Positions 26,170 through 36,832 of a DNA stretch of 64,000 nucleotides are shown piece after piece. Below the pieces are notes generated by a model. The model saw only the letters and a list, made by a program, of their open reading frames with translations, made no database searches and was not told the origin of the DNA. The stretch spans positions 30,083 through 94,082 of the forward strand of contig CAVSJO010000003.1 of assembly GCA_963728445.1 (NCBI GenBank), given 5' to 3'. Positions within the stretch are counted from its first letter, which is position 1; the number at the start of each line of letters is the position of its first letter. Position numbers and translations under genes: made by a program. The DNA is from an uncultured Gemmatimonadales bacterium (lineage in GTDB: Bacteria > Gemmatimonadota > Gemmatimonadetes > Longimicrobiales > RSA9).

Positions 26170-27690
26170 TCAGCCCCCGACGCGCACGAACCGGATGTGC
26201 TTCGCCCGGCCGGCCTCGACGGTGAACGCCGCGGGCCGGCCGGCGGCGTTCCGCTCGAACCGGAACGTGAGACCGCGGGCGCGGAACGTGTCCCTGCCGT
26301 GCGGGCGCAGCGGATGCGCCGGCGTCGCGCGCCAGGAGACGCGCAGCGAGTCGCCGTCCAGGCGGATGGCGTACGTGACGCCCAGCTCCTCGCTGCGCCA
26401 GTCGCCGGCGAACGCGGCGAGGGCGGCGGCGTCCGGCGTCCACGCGCGGGCGACGGAGTCGGCGGCCGCGGCGTCGCCTGAAGCGCTGGCGGCCCGCGGC
26501 CCGAGCACGTCCGCCAGGTAGACGTCCGCGACCTTCCGGGCCAGCGCGCCCGGGTCGATCGACCCGAGGTTGCACGTCTCGATCACGCTGAAATGCTGCT
26601 TCGGGAAGCGGAGGAAGTGCGCCTTGTAGCCCATCATCGCGCCGCCGTGCTCCTCGATGGGCAGGCCGCGATACGTGGAGACCTCGTTACCGAACGCGTA
26701 GACGAGGGTGTCGCCTTCGTCCAGGACGGCGCGGCGGTGGATGACGTCCTGCAGCGCGTCCCCACCGACCTGATGCGTGTAGTAGTTCTCGTCCCACTTC
26801 TGCAGGTCCTCGACCGTCGAGTAGAGCCCGCCCGCGCCGATCTTGTCGAAGTTCTGGAGGTAGCTGATGCGGAAGCCGCCCTCTCCGTCCCGCTCGTAGC
26901 TCATGGCGCGCCACGGCATGACGTGCCCGGGCTCATCGTGGAAGTGGCTGCGGGTCATGCCGAGGGGGCGGAAGATCGCGCTGTCGGCGTACTCCCGCAG
27001 CGACTCGCCCGTGACCCGCTCGACGATCTGCGCCAGCAGCCAGTACCCCGAGTTGCTGTAGGACCAGTCCGTGTTCGGCTCGAAATCCAGCTCCTTCTGC
27101 CGGGCGATGAGGGCGAGGGACGCGGAGTCGGGGAAGACGTCCTCCAGACGCAGCCCCGCCAGCTCCATGAGCGTGTATATATCCCGCACGCCGCTCGTGT
27201 GGTGGACGAGCTCGGAGATCGTGACCGGCTTGCCATAATCGGGCATCTCCGGCACGTACTTCCGGACGTCGTCGTCCAGGCCGATCCGTCCCCGCAGCGA
27301 CAGCAGGGCGATGCTCGCCGCCGTGAACTGCTTCGAGTCCGAGCCGATGTAGTAGACCATCCGCGGCGAGTTCGGGATGCCGTAGTCGAGGTTCGCCATC
27401 CCGTAGCCCCGCTCGTAGACGAAGCGGCCGTCGCGGACCACGCCGAGGGCGCAGCCGGGCGACGTGGGGTGGTCCCACTCGCGGAAGATCGTGTCGATGG
27501 CGGGGTTCGCCGGGTACGCGGGCGAGGCGGGGTAGCCGGCCGCCGGCGTGCGCGGGGTCTGGGCACGGGCCGGCGCGGGGGCGGCGGGCGTCTGCCCTCT
27601 CGACGGAGTGGGCACGAAACCCACGGCCGATATCAGCAACGGTGCGACGAACGCGGTCCGGCACCGTCGCGGGATCTGTCTCGACGACAT
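26170..27690 (-). CDS. Exported serine hydrolase, beta-lactamase fold (D-aminopeptidase/PBP-like) with a C-terminal beta domain
   Basis: SxxK in IGSDSKQF, LVHHTSG, YSNSGY, GAGGLYST and HGGAMMG; signal peptide from ATG 27690. Confidence 0.85.
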   Translation of the reverse strand: MSSRQIPRRCRTAFVAPLLISAVGFVPTPSRGQTPAAPAPARAQTPRTPAAGYPASPAYPANPAIDTIFREWDHPTSPGCALGVVRDGRFVYERGYGMANLDYGIPNSPRMVYYIGSDSKQFTAASIALLSLRGRIGLDDDVRKYVPEMPDYGKPVTISELVHHTSGVRDIYTLMELAGLRLEDVFPDSASLALIARQKELDFEPNTDWSYSNSGYWLLAQIVERVTGESLREYADSAIFRPLGMTRSHFHDEPGHVMPWRAMSYERDGEGGFRISYLQNFDKIGAGGLYSTVEDLQKWDENYYTHQVGGDALQDVIHRRAVLDEGDTLVYAFGNEVSTYRGLPIEEHGGAMMGYKAHFLRFPKQHFSVIETCNLGSIDPGALARKVADVYLADVLGPRAASASGDAAAADSVARAWTPDAAALAAFAGDWRSEELGVTYAIRLDGDSLRVSWRATPAHPLRPHGRDTFRARGLTFRFERNAAGRPAAFTVEAGRAKHIRFVRVGG

Positions 27691-27886
27691 CGTGGCGGCC
27701 TTGCAGGCGGGGTCACTCGGGAACGAGAGAATGGGTGTAGAATGCCACGCAGGACGCGGGTCCGACAAGCGCGCCGGCGCGGTGGGCGGGTTGGCGGGTG
27801 GGCGGCTGGCGGGCCGGTGGGCGGCGGGACGGGCCGGTGGGCGGCGGGCGGCGGCTCGATGAGACGCGCGCGGCCAGCCTGCGCCA

Positions 27887-28028
27887 TCCGTGGCGCATCG
27901 AGCCGCAAGAGCCGGCAGGATTCGCCGCGCGCAACCGGCCGACGGGCTCCCGCGGTGAGTCCTGCCGGTTTGCGCGGCTCGATTCGCCACGGAGCGTTCG
28001 CGCGTCGCGTGCGCGTCGAATCCTGCCG
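27887..28028. repeat. Nested long imperfect inverted repeats (REPIN-like)
   Basis: 27887-27920 pairs with 27960-27993 (29/34). 27913-27930 pairs with 28011-28028 (17/18). Confidence 0.85.
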
Positions 28029-28100
28029 CGCCCGGGGCGGGCCGCCGCGCCCGGGGCGGGCCGCCGCGCCCAGGGTAGGCCGCCGCGCCCGGGGTGGGCC
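28025..28100. repeat. 19-bp tandem repeat x4
   Basis: GCCGCGCCC(G/A)GGG(C/T)(G/A)GGCC at 28025, 28044, 28063 and 28082. Confidence 0.95.
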
Positions 28101-28121
28101 CGCACGGCGTGGTGCCAGACT

Positions 28122-29876
28122 TCAGTTCTCCGACGGCAGCGGCAGCCCCATCCGGTCGAACAGCGCCTTCATCCTCGGGTCCTTGCGGTAGGGGGCGAAG
28201 ACGGGATCCCGGCCGCCGTCGATCACGACGGAGCTGCGCTGGTCGACGGCGGCGGCGAGGTACGCGAAGACGCTGTCCGGCTCGCCGAGCCCCGCCCAGA
28301 CGGCCGCGAACATCGACGGATCCATTCCGGGCACCCGGTGCATTCGCTGAACCACGGCGAGTGCGTCGTCGCGCCGCCCGGCGCGGGCGTAGGCGTACGC
28401 CGCCGACGCGAGCACGAATCCGCTCCCGGGCTCGCCCTGCATGGCCTTCTCTGCCGCCCTCACGGCGTTCGCCGGCTGCCCGTCCGCCGCATACGCGAAG
28501 GCGAGGTTCGCCTCGACGAGCGGGCTCTCCGGCGCGTAGACGAGGGCCTGCCGGTACGCATCGATCGCCTTGGGCGCCAGTCCGGCAGAGCTGTACATCC
28601 CGCCCAGGTTGTTGTGCGCGCCGGCGGACACGGGGTCCAGCTCCGTCGCGCGCTCGGCCTCCGCCACGGCCTCCTCCGGATGCCCCAGCCGCATGAGCAG
28701 CCACCCGAGCATGCTGTGGGCGTTCGCGTGCCCGGGATTCAGCTCGATCGCCCGGCGGAAGCTCGCCTCCGCGGCCTTGAAGTCCCAGTCGAGGTCGCTC
28801 GCGAGAAGCCCCTTCACGTAGTGGGCGCTCTCGAGCTCCGGGTCGAGCCGGAGCGCCCGATCGACGGCCGCTCGGGCCTTCGGGGCCAGATCGGCGCGCG
28901 ACCCGTAGCCGAGATAGATCTCGCTGTCGTAGAGGGTCCCGAGCGCCGCCCACGCGCGTGCATAGGTCGAGTCCCGGGCGATGGCGTGGCGGATCAGGCT
29001 GTCGGCGCGCAGCACCCCCTCGCGCGTCTGCTGGTGGGCGAAATACTGCGCCTCGAGCAGCAGGTTGTGGGCTTGCGGATCGCTCGTCTCCTCCTTGGCC
29101 AGCCGCTTCCCCGCCCGCGCGCTGTCCAGCGTTACCTGGAGCTGGTCAACGATGGCCCGGGAGATCTCGTCCTGGACCGCGAACACGTCCTCGAGGTCCC
29201 GGTCGTACGTCTCGCTCCACCGGTGGTAGCCCGTGTGCGCGTCGATGAGCTGCGCCGTGATGCGCACGCGGTCCCCCGCCTTGCGGACGCTCCCCTCCAG
29301 CACGTTCGCCACGTGCAGCTCCCGGGCGATGGAGTCGATGGGCGCCTTGCTCCCCTTGAAGCTGAACGCGCTCGTCCGGGACGCCACCCGCAGCTCCGGG
29401 AGCTGCGCCAGCACGTTCAGGATCTCCTCCGTGATGCCGTCCGAGAAGTACTCCTGGTCGTGCTGCGGGCTCATGTCCATGAACGGCAGCACCGCGATCG
29501 AGCCCTGCTCCGCCGCGGACGTGAGGACGGCGTCCGTCGAGTCGGGCGACGTCGCCCCGCCTGCTCCGCGCGGCTCCGAACCGCCGCGGCCGACGAACGC
29601 CACCGCGGCCCCGGCCAGCACGAGGATGCCCGTCATCATCACCAGCTCCGGCCCGCTCACCCGCTGCGCCCCCTTCTCGCCGTGGTACCACGCGAGCACG
29701 AGCGCGCCCAGGAAGCCGATCCCCAGCACGACGGGCAGGAGCCTCATCACGGGCGTGGGCCAGCCGTACGTCTCGCTGAGCAGGTCGGCGACCTGGAGGA
29801 CGGCCCACGAGCCGGCCACGTAGGCCACGGCCCATTGCGCGAGCTTGCGCTCCTTCAGCTTCTTGAAGGCGCTCAT
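28122..29876 (-). CDS. Membrane-anchored TolB-like-N / TPR protein (paralog of 16343-18247)
   Basis: LKERKLAQWAVAY anchor, SIAVLPFMDMS...QEYFSDGITEEIL...VASRTSAF, EGSVRKAGDRVRITAQLI, then TPRs. Confidence 0.8.
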   Translation of the reverse strand: MSAFKKLKERKLAQWAVAYVAGSWAVLQVADLLSETYGWPTPVMRLLPVVLGIGFLGALVLAWYHGEKGAQRVSGPELVMMTGILVLAGAAVAFVGRGGSEPRGAGGATSPDSTDAVLTSAAEQGSIAVLPFMDMSPQHDQEYFSDGITEEILNVLAQLPELRVASRTSAFSFKGSKAPIDSIARELHVANVLEGSVRKAGDRVRITAQLIDAHTGYHRWSETYDRDLEDVFAVQDEISRAIVDQLQVTLDSARAGKRLAKEETSDPQAHNLLLEAQYFAHQQTREGVLRADSLIRHAIARDSTYARAWAALGTLYDSEIYLGYGSRADLAPKARAAVDRALRLDPELESAHYVKGLLASDLDWDFKAAEASFRRAIELNPGHANAHSMLGWLLMRLGHPEEAVAEAERATELDPVSAGAHNNLGGMYSSAGLAPKAIDAYRQALVYAPESPLVEANLAFAYAADGQPANAVRAAEKAMQGEPGSGFVLASAAYAYARAGRRDDALAVVQRMHRVPGMDPSMFAAVWAGLGEPDSVFAYLAAAVDQRSSVVIDGGRDPVFAPYRKDPRMKALFDRMGLPLPSEN

Positions 29877-29962
29877 AGCGTGAACCGGTGATGCGGAAAG
29901 GGGTTACGCCGGGGACAGGCGTTCAGGATAGTATGTTTCCGCGTTTTCTACCAGAGACCCCT

Positions 29963-30060
29963 GAATTTCGCCGCCCCGCGGCCGAACGCCCGCCGCCCCG
30001 CGAGCGAATTCTGCCACCCCGCGGCCGAACGCCGGCCGAACGCCGGCCGCCGCCGGCCGC
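29963..30060. repeat. Imperfect 28-bp direct repeat plus GGCCG(A/C) short repeats in a divergent intergenic region
   Basis: GAATT(TC/CT)GCC(G/A)CCCCGCGGCCGAACGCC at 29963 and 30006 (25/28), then GGCCGAACGCC and GGCCGCCGCC. Confidence 0.75.
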
Positions 30061-30151
30061 CGCCCTGCCGCCGCCTCGACACCGTCCGCACGCCCGTCGT
30101 ACATTCCGGCCTTCGTCCGTCTGTCGATACCCTCCCCCGACGAGGTACCGC

Positions 30152-33100
30152 ATGCCTTTCGGCGGCCGCCTGCATGGACCCGGCGCCACGCGCGAACCGG
30201 GCCGCACTTCGGCGCACGTCCTTTCACTGATCGCCTTCGGAGTGGCTCTGATCGGCGCCGGTCCAGCCGCCGCGCAGGGCACGCGCCTGCTGCGCTCGCC
30301 GACCGTGTCCTCGAAGCAGGTCGCCTTCGAGTACGGCGGCGACGTCTGGGTGGTCGGTCGCGACGGAGGGGACGCGCGACGGCTGACGGCGACGCCCGCG
30401 ATCGAGACCGGGCCCCACTTCTCGCCCGACGGCTCGACGATCGCGTTCACGTCGGATCGCTCGGGGTCCGACGCGGTGTGGGTCGTGCCGGCGGCCGGCG
30501 GCGAGCCGCGTCGTCTGACGTGGTACCCGGGCGGTGCCGAGGCGCTGGGGTGGACACCCGACGGGACGGAAGTCCTCTTCGCGTCCGGGCGCACGTCGGC
30601 GCCTGTGCCGTACACGCGACTCTGGCTCGTGCCCGTGGACGGCGGCCCGCCGCACGAGGTGCCGGAAGAGATGGGCGCGCGCGGCTCCTTCGCGCCGGAC
30701 GGCAAGCGCCTCGTGGTCGACCGCGTTCCGCGCTGGGACGTCGAGTTCCGCAACTACCGCGGCGGCCAGAACACGCCGCTCACGATCCTGAACCTCGACG
30801 ACCTGTCGGAGACGAAGCTGCCGAACGACCGGACCACGGACACGCATCCGGTGTGGCTCGGCAGCACGATCTGGTTCCTGTCGGACCGGGACTACGCTAC
30901 CAACGTATGGCGCTACGACGTCGGCTCCGGGCAGATGGCGCAGGTCACGCACTTCAAGGACGCGGACGTGAAGACGCTGGGTGGCGGAGCCGGCGACGCG
31001 CTGGTGTTCGAGGAGGACGGCTGGCTGTGGCTGCTCGACCCGGCGACCGGACAGTCGCACAAGCTGGACGTCACGGTGAAGGGCGATTTCCCGTGGGCAG
31101 CGCCGCACTGGGAGGCGGTGGGCGACCAGATCGCGTCGGCGTCACTGTCGCCGACCGGCAAGCGGGCTCTGTTCGAAGCGCGCGGCGACATCTTCACCGT
31201 GCCGGCCGAGAACGGCGATCCGCGCGACCTCACGCGCTCGTCGGGGGCGGCCGACCGCTCGCCGGTCTGGTCGCCCGACGGCGACCGGATCGCGTGGGTC
31301 TCCGATTCCGGGGAAGGCTACCGCCTGATGATCGGAGACCAGGACGGGCTCGAGAAGCCGCGCGTCGTCGATCTGGGAGACGATACGAAATACGTGTGGT
31401 CCATGACCTGGTCGCCGGACGGCACACACCTCGCCTGGGTCGATCAGCGCGCACGCATCCACGTCATGGACGTCGCGAGCGCGCACTTCCGCACCGCGGA
31501 CGTCGACGGCTCGATCCAGAACCGGGGCGGCATCGGCCTCACCTGGTCGCCCGACTCGAAATGGCTGGCCTACGCGAAGGAGTACCCGAACCACTTCCGC
31601 CGCATCGTCGTGTGGTCGCTCGATTCGGGGAAGGCGACGCCGCTCACCGACCCGCTCGCGGACGCCGCCTCACCGGCGTGGGACCCCAGCGGCCGCTGGC
31701 TCTACTTCCTCGCCAGCACCGATCTCGGCCTCGCCAGCGGCTGGGCCAACCTGAGCAACGCGCAGGCGTCTCCCACTTACGCTGCGTACGTGGCGGTCCT
31801 CCGCAAGGAGGATCCAACGCCGTTTCCGCCGCGGAGCGATGACGAGCCCGCCGCCGGCGAGCCCGGCGCGAAGGAAAAAAGCGGCGCGAACGCGAAGGGC
31901 GCGAACGGCAAAGGGTGCGGCGGCGAAGGGCGCGGCGGCAAAGGGCGCGGCGGACTCCGCCGTCTCCGTGCGCATCGACGCCGACGGGATCGCGCGACGC
32001 ATCATCCCGCTGCCGGTGCCGGTGCGCAGCTACGAGGGCCTCGCGGCCGGCGCGCACGGCGTCGTTTTCCTGGCCGAGCGCGTGGAGCACGGGCCCGGCG
32101 TGACGCTGCACCGCTTCGACGTGGAGAAGCGCAAGGATCAGCCCTTCCTGGAGGGCGTCAGCCGCGTGAGTCTCTCGCGCGACGGCTCGAAGCTGCTGTT
32201 CCGCCAGGGCCCGTCATGGCACATCGTCGGCACCGAGGCTTCGCCCAAGCCCGGTGATGGTGCCATCGACGTCGCCCTGCGCATGCGGATCGACCCGGCT
32301 GCGGAGTGGAACCAGGTCTTCGAGGAGGCGTGGCGGATCGAGCGGGACTTCTTCTACGACCCCGGGCTGCACGGCGCCGACTGGCCCGCCGTGCACGCGC
32401 GCTACGCGCCGCTCGTGCCGTACGTGCGCAGCCGCGAAGACCTGCGCTACATCCTCGATCAGGTCGGCGGCGAGCTGAGCGTCGGGCACAGCTTCACGGG
32501 CGGCGGCGATTACCCGGCCGTCGACACCGTGCGAACCGGCGTGCTCGGCGCGGATCTGGTCGCGGATCACGGGCGCTGGCGGATCCAGCGGATCTTCAGC
32601 ACCGAGAGCTGGAACCCGGGGCTGTCCGCGCCACTCGCCGCGCCAGGCGTGAGGGCCGAGGAGGGCGACTACCTGCTGGCCGTGAACGGCCGCGAGCTCA
32701 CCGCGGACGACAACCCGTACCAGTGGCTCGACGGCACCGCCGATCAGCAGACGGTGCTGCGCCTCAACAGCCGCCCGACGCTCGACGGGGCGTGGAACGT
32801 GACGGTCGTGCCCATTCGCAGCGAAGTGGCGCTGCGCCAGCGCGCGTGGGTGGAGGACAATCGGCGCATGGTCGATTCGCTGTCGGACGGACGGCTCGCC
32901 TACGTGTGGGTGCCGAACACGGGTGGCCCCGGATTCGTGTCCTTCAACCGCTACTACTTCGCCCAGCAGGATCGCCAGGGCGCGGTCATCGACGAGCGCT
33001 TCAACGGGGGCGGACTGCTCGACGACTACATGGTCGACCTGATGGGCCGCAAGCTCATCGGCGGGGTCACGAACGACGCCGCGAACGGCGTCGATTACCG

Positions 33101-33521
33101 GCTTCCCATGGCGGGCGTCCTCGGACCCAAGGTGCTGCTCGTGAACGAGCTCGCGGGATCCGGCGGCGACTACTTCCCGTGGGCGTTCCGCCAGCACGGG
33201 ATCGGTCCGCTGATCGGCCAGCGCACATGGGGCGGGCTCGTGGCCGCCTGCGTTCCGTACCCGCTCGTCGACGGCGGCTACATCACGTCGCCGTGCAGCG
33301 GCGTGTTCTCCGGCGACCACTGGGTGGCCGAGAACGAGGGGGTGCCGCCCGATGTCCCCGTCTACTTCGACGCGAAGTCCTTCGCCGCAGGACGTGACCC
33401 GCAGCTCGAGACGGCCGTTCAGGAAGCGCTGAAGCTGCTGAAGACCGAGGGCGTGAAGGCGCCGTCGCACCCGCCGTTCGTGAAGAAGGCGCGGCGACCG
33501 GGCTCGGGGGGCGGGGAGTAG
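30152..33521 (+). CDS. Tricorn-like S41 protease (PD40 propellers, PDZ, catalytic domain), +1 frameshift at about 31904
   Basis: Motifs LLRSPTVS..QVAFEYGGDVW, PD40 repeats, SVGHS (His), VIDERFNGGG and catalytic AGSGGD, GQRTWGG. Removing A31904 in the AAAKG linker joins the two ORFs. Confidence 0.9.
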
Positions 33522-33604
33522 CGCTCCCGGCCCCTCACCGATTGCCCAACGGACCGTCACCCTCCATCTTTCGACCCTCGTATCCCCCGTACGGACAATC
33601 AGCC

Positions 33605-35716
33605 ATGACTCATCGAGATGCCGCCCTCGCGGCCGCCATCGGCGCGGCGGTCTGCCTGACCGCCCCCCTCGCCGCCCAGCAGCTGCCAGGCTATACCCCC
33701 GCCGGGTCGGCGGCCGAGCGCGCCCTCGAGGCCGACGCCGTCGGACGTCCCGATACCGCGGACGCGCGGACGCACTCCGTCGCCCTCAGCAGCGAGACCC
33801 ACGTGGCGGGCACGCAGGCGCAGGCCCGCACGCGGGACTACGTCATCGGGCAGATGAAGGCGTGGGGGCTGCCGACGCAGGTGCGGACGTACAGCGTCTA
33901 CCTGCCCCACGCGACGGGCGTGCACGTGTGGCGGGTGAGTCCCGATCCGGAGGAGCTCAGCCTGGCCGAGCCGGCGGTGCCGGGCGACGCCGTGAGCGGC
34001 AAGCCGGCGTACCCGACGGTGAACGGGAGCAGCGCGCCCGGGGACGTGACGGCGCCCGTCGTCTACGTCAACTACGGGCTCATCGAGGACTACGCGAAGC
34101 TGGACTCGCTGGGCGTGTCGGTGAAGGGCGCCATCGCGGTGGCCCGATACGGGCGCTCGTTCCGGGGCATCAAGGCCCGGGAGGCGGAGAAGAACGGGGC
34201 GGCGGCGCTGCTCATCTACAGCGACCCGGAGGACGACGGCTACGTGCGCGGCGACGTGTACCCGGACGGGCCGATGCGCCCGCGGGCGGGCGTGCAGCGG
34301 GGCAGCGTCGAGAACGAGGACGGAGACCCGACCACGCCGGGCTACCCGAGCACGGAAGGCGCGAAGCGGGTGGACCCGGACCCCGTGATCCCCCACATCC
34401 CCGTCGCACCGATCTCCTATGGCAACGCGGCCAAGCTGCTGGAAGGGCTGGAGGGCACGGACATCCCCCAGGCGTGGCAGGGCGGGCTGCCCTTCCGCTA
34501 CCACGTGGGGCCGGGCCCGGTGCGCGCGCGCGTGCAGGTCACGACGGACGTGGAGACGAAGCCGTACAAGGACATCTGGGACACGTTCGGGATGGTGCGC
34601 GGGAGCGAGTTCCCCGACGAGGTAGTGGTGGTCGGCGGGCACCGGGACGCGTGGGGCCCCGGTACGGACGACAACGTGAGCGGGTCGGTCAGCGTGATGG
34701 AGATCGCCCGGGCCGTCGCCGAGCAGGTGAAAGCCGGCAAGCGCCCCAAGCGGACGATGCTCTTCGCCACGTGGGACGCCGAGGAGTGGGGGCTCGTCGG
34801 CTCCACGGAGTACGTGGAGGACGACTCGCTGCGGCTGAAGAAGGGCGGCGTCGCCTACCTGAACCAGGACATGATCGCGTCGGGTCCGTCCTTCGGCGGC
34901 GGCGGCTCGCCGTCGCTGCGGGCGGTGCTTCGCTCGGCGGCGGAGGAAGTGCCGGCCCCTGACACGGCCGGCAGCCTATGGGACCAGTGGCTCGCGCAGT
35001 CGCATACGGCCGCCGGGAAGTCGCCGCGCATGGGAGATCCGGGCGGCGGCTCGGACTACGCCGGCTTCTACAATCACCTGGGGATGCCCATCCTCGAGTG
35101 GGGCTTCGGCGGCGGCCAGGGCATCTACCATTCCATGTACGACGACCCGGCGTGGATGCAGCGCTTCGGCGACCCGGGCTACCGCCACCACGTCGCGGCG
35201 GCACAGCTCGGCGCCGCCACGGCCCTGCGCATCGCCAACGCCGACGTGCTGCCGTACGACTACGCCGAGTACGCGGCGACGATGCGGGACTACCTGCCGG
35301 CCATGGACTCCGCGTTCGCGAAGCACGGCTGGAAACTGGACACGGGGAAGCTGGCCGCGGCCATCGGCCGCATGGAAACGCAGGCGAAGTCCTTCGCGTC
35401 GGCCCGGGACGCCGCCCTGGCGAGTTCCGCCCCGTCGAAGAAGACGCTGCAGCGCACGAACTCCGCGCTGCTGCGGGTCGAGCGGGCGCTGACGCGGCCC
35501 GAGGGCCTCGTGGGCCGGCCCTGGTTCCGCAACCTCATCTACGTCGCCGACGCGGACAACGGTTACGCGAACATGGTCTTCCCGTCCGTGAACGAGGCCG
35601 TTCGCGCGGGCGACGCCGCCCGCACCGCCCGCGAGCTCGACGACCTCGCCGGTCGCTTCGATGCCGCGACGGCGGCGCTGCGGGACGCGCAGCAGGCGGT
35701 GGGGGGAGCCGGCTGA
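33605..35716 (+). CDS. M28 family glutamate-carboxypeptidase-II-like peptidase (PA domain + TfR dimerisation domain), exported
   Basis: Motifs VYVNYG, RYGRSFRGIK, VQRGSV, GGHRDAW, DDNVSG, WDAEEWG, YHSMYD and PWFRNLIY. Confidence 0.9.
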   Translation: MTHRDAALAAAIGAAVCLTAPLAAQQLPGYTPAGSAAERALEADAVGRPDTADARTHSVALSSETHVAGTQAQARTRDYVIGQMKAWGLPTQVRTYSVYLPHATGVHVWRVSPDPEELSLAEPAVPGDAVSGKPAYPTVNGSSAPGDVTAPVVYVNYGLIEDYAKLDSLGVSVKGAIAVARYGRSFRGIKAREAEKNGAAALLIYSDPEDDGYVRGDVYPDGPMRPRAGVQRGSVENEDGDPTTPGYPSTEGAKRVDPDPVIPHIPVAPISYGNAAKLLEGLEGTDIPQAWQGGLPFRYHVGPGPVRARVQVTTDVETKPYKDIWDTFGMVRGSEFPDEVVVVGGHRDAWGPGTDDNVSGSVSVMEIARAVAEQVKAGKRPKRTMLFATWDAEEWGLVGSTEYVEDDSLRLKKGGVAYLNQDMIASGPSFGGGGSPSLRAVLRSAAEEVPAPDTAGSLWDQWLAQSHTAAGKSPRMGDPGGGSDYAGFYNHLGMPILEWGFGGGQGIYHSMYDDPAWMQRFGDPGYRHHVAAAQLGAATALRIANADVLPYDYAEYAATMRDYLPAMDSAFAKHGWKLDTGKLAAAIGRMETQAKSFASARDAALASSAPSKKTLQRTNSALLRVERALTRPEGLVGRPWFRNLIYVADADNGYANMVFPSVNEAVRAGDAARTARELDDLAGRFDAATAALRDAQQAVGGAG

Positions 35717-35753
35717 TCCGGCGGATACCCGTCGACGTCGGATCCCGCCGCGG

Positions 35754-36095
35754 TCACTGCATCGCCGGATTCCTCGACAGCCGGTAGCCCACCAGGCCGC
35801 CGAGGAGGCCGGTGATGGCCGACGAGGCGGTGCCGAACGCCAGGATCACGGCCGTGACGTCGCCCAGGAGCCACGAGATGAGGATGCCGATGAAGGCGCA
35901 CACGCCCCCCACCACGGCGCCGCCGACCGCGGCGTTCCCGTACCCGCTCGCAGCCTGACGCGCCCACAGAAGCCCGACGACGAGGGAGATCGTCACACCG
36001 AGGATGCCGAAGAGGTTGGCCACCGCAGCGACCTGGTGCCCGAGCAGGACCATCGCAGTCTGCAGCACCGTTCCGATCCCGATCCACTTGATCAT
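35754..36095 (-). CDS. Small glycine-rich multi-TM membrane protein
   Basis: 113 aa, about four hydrophobic segments; starts 4 nt after the TetR stop. Confidence 0.65.
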   Translation of the reverse strand: MIKWIGIGTVLQTAMVLLGHQVAAVANLFGILGVTISLVVGLLWARQAASGYGNAAVGGAVVGGVCAFIGILISWLLGDVTAVILAFGTASSAITGLLGGLVGYRLSRNPAMQ

Positions 36096-36099
36096 CGTT

Positions 36100-36729
36100 T
36101 CACTCCTCCGGCGAAGGGTTGGCCTCGTCCGACCCGCTGGGTCCGATGGTTTCCTGCAACGCCTGCACGTATCGCCTGAGCTGACGGACCGAGGCGTCGA
36201 ACGTCTCGATGGACCGGTGCGTCCGGGCCTGCATGACGCCGCCTTCCATCGTCGTCAGGATGAACTGCGACAGCTCCTTCCGGTCCAGATCCGCGGGAAA
36301 CCGCGACGCGCCCGCGTCCAGGCACGCCTCCACCGCCTGACACCACTGCGTGAAGTTGCGGGACAGGAGCTCCCGCACGGGTGGATCGGGCTCCTTGAAC
36401 TCCAGCGCCAGACTGCCGATGGGGCAGCCGTACGCGAGATCCGTGACGACCAGAGCCTCTCGGTAGCGGTCGAGGATCCCGAACACGCGCTCCACCGGAT
36501 CTTCCACGTCTTGCGTGGCCGGCCCGATGACCTGCGCCTGCAGGTTCGCCTCGTACCACTCCAGTACCGCGAGCAGGAGATCCTGCTTCGTCGGGAAGTA
36601 ATGGTAGAGGCTCCCGCTGTTCGCATCGGCCCGGTCCAGGATCTCCGCCACGCTCGTCCCCTGATAGCCCTTCTGCCCGAAGAGCTCGCGTGCGGCCAGG
36701 ATCAGGCGCTCTCTCGTGTCGTGCTGCAC
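36100..36729 (-). CDS. TetR/AcrR family regulator (LmrA/YxaF-like C-terminus)
   Basis: TRERLILAARELF...SLYHYFPTKQDLL HTH, GCPIGSLALE and MEGGVMQAR; GTG at 36729. Confidence 0.9.
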   Translation of the reverse strand: MQHDTRERLILAARELFGQKGYQGTSVAEILDRADANSGSLYHYFPTKQDLLLAVLEWYEANLQAQVIGPATQDVEDPVERVFGILDRYREALVVTDLAYGCPIGSLALEFKEPDPPVRELLSRNFTQWCQAVEACLDAGASRFPADLDRKELSQFILTTMEGGVMQARTHRSIETFDASVRQLRRYVQALQETIGPSGSDEANPSPEE

Positions 36730-36740
36730 CGGCGGTCTGG

Positions 36741-36756
36741 TTGAATGATCAATCAA
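36741..36756. promoter_or_regulatory. Near-perfect 16-bp palindrome, probable TetR operator
   Basis: TTGAATGATCAATCAA, 11 nt upstream of the TetR start. Confidence 0.7.
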
Positions 36757-36832
36757 GTTGCCGCCGACTGCCCGTTCACGCAAGGAAGTCGCGGCGGCGA
36801 GCGTCGCTGCCTCGCTCAGCCTGCGGCAACCG

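Noticed and set aside
27798-29891. Numerous long Arg/Pro/Gly-rich ORFs antisense or out-of-frame to real genes (for example 27798-29891, 53316-55412, 47246-49168, 21451-23172)
   Set aside because: Their composition is typical of alternative frames in high-GC DNA, with no domain motifs.
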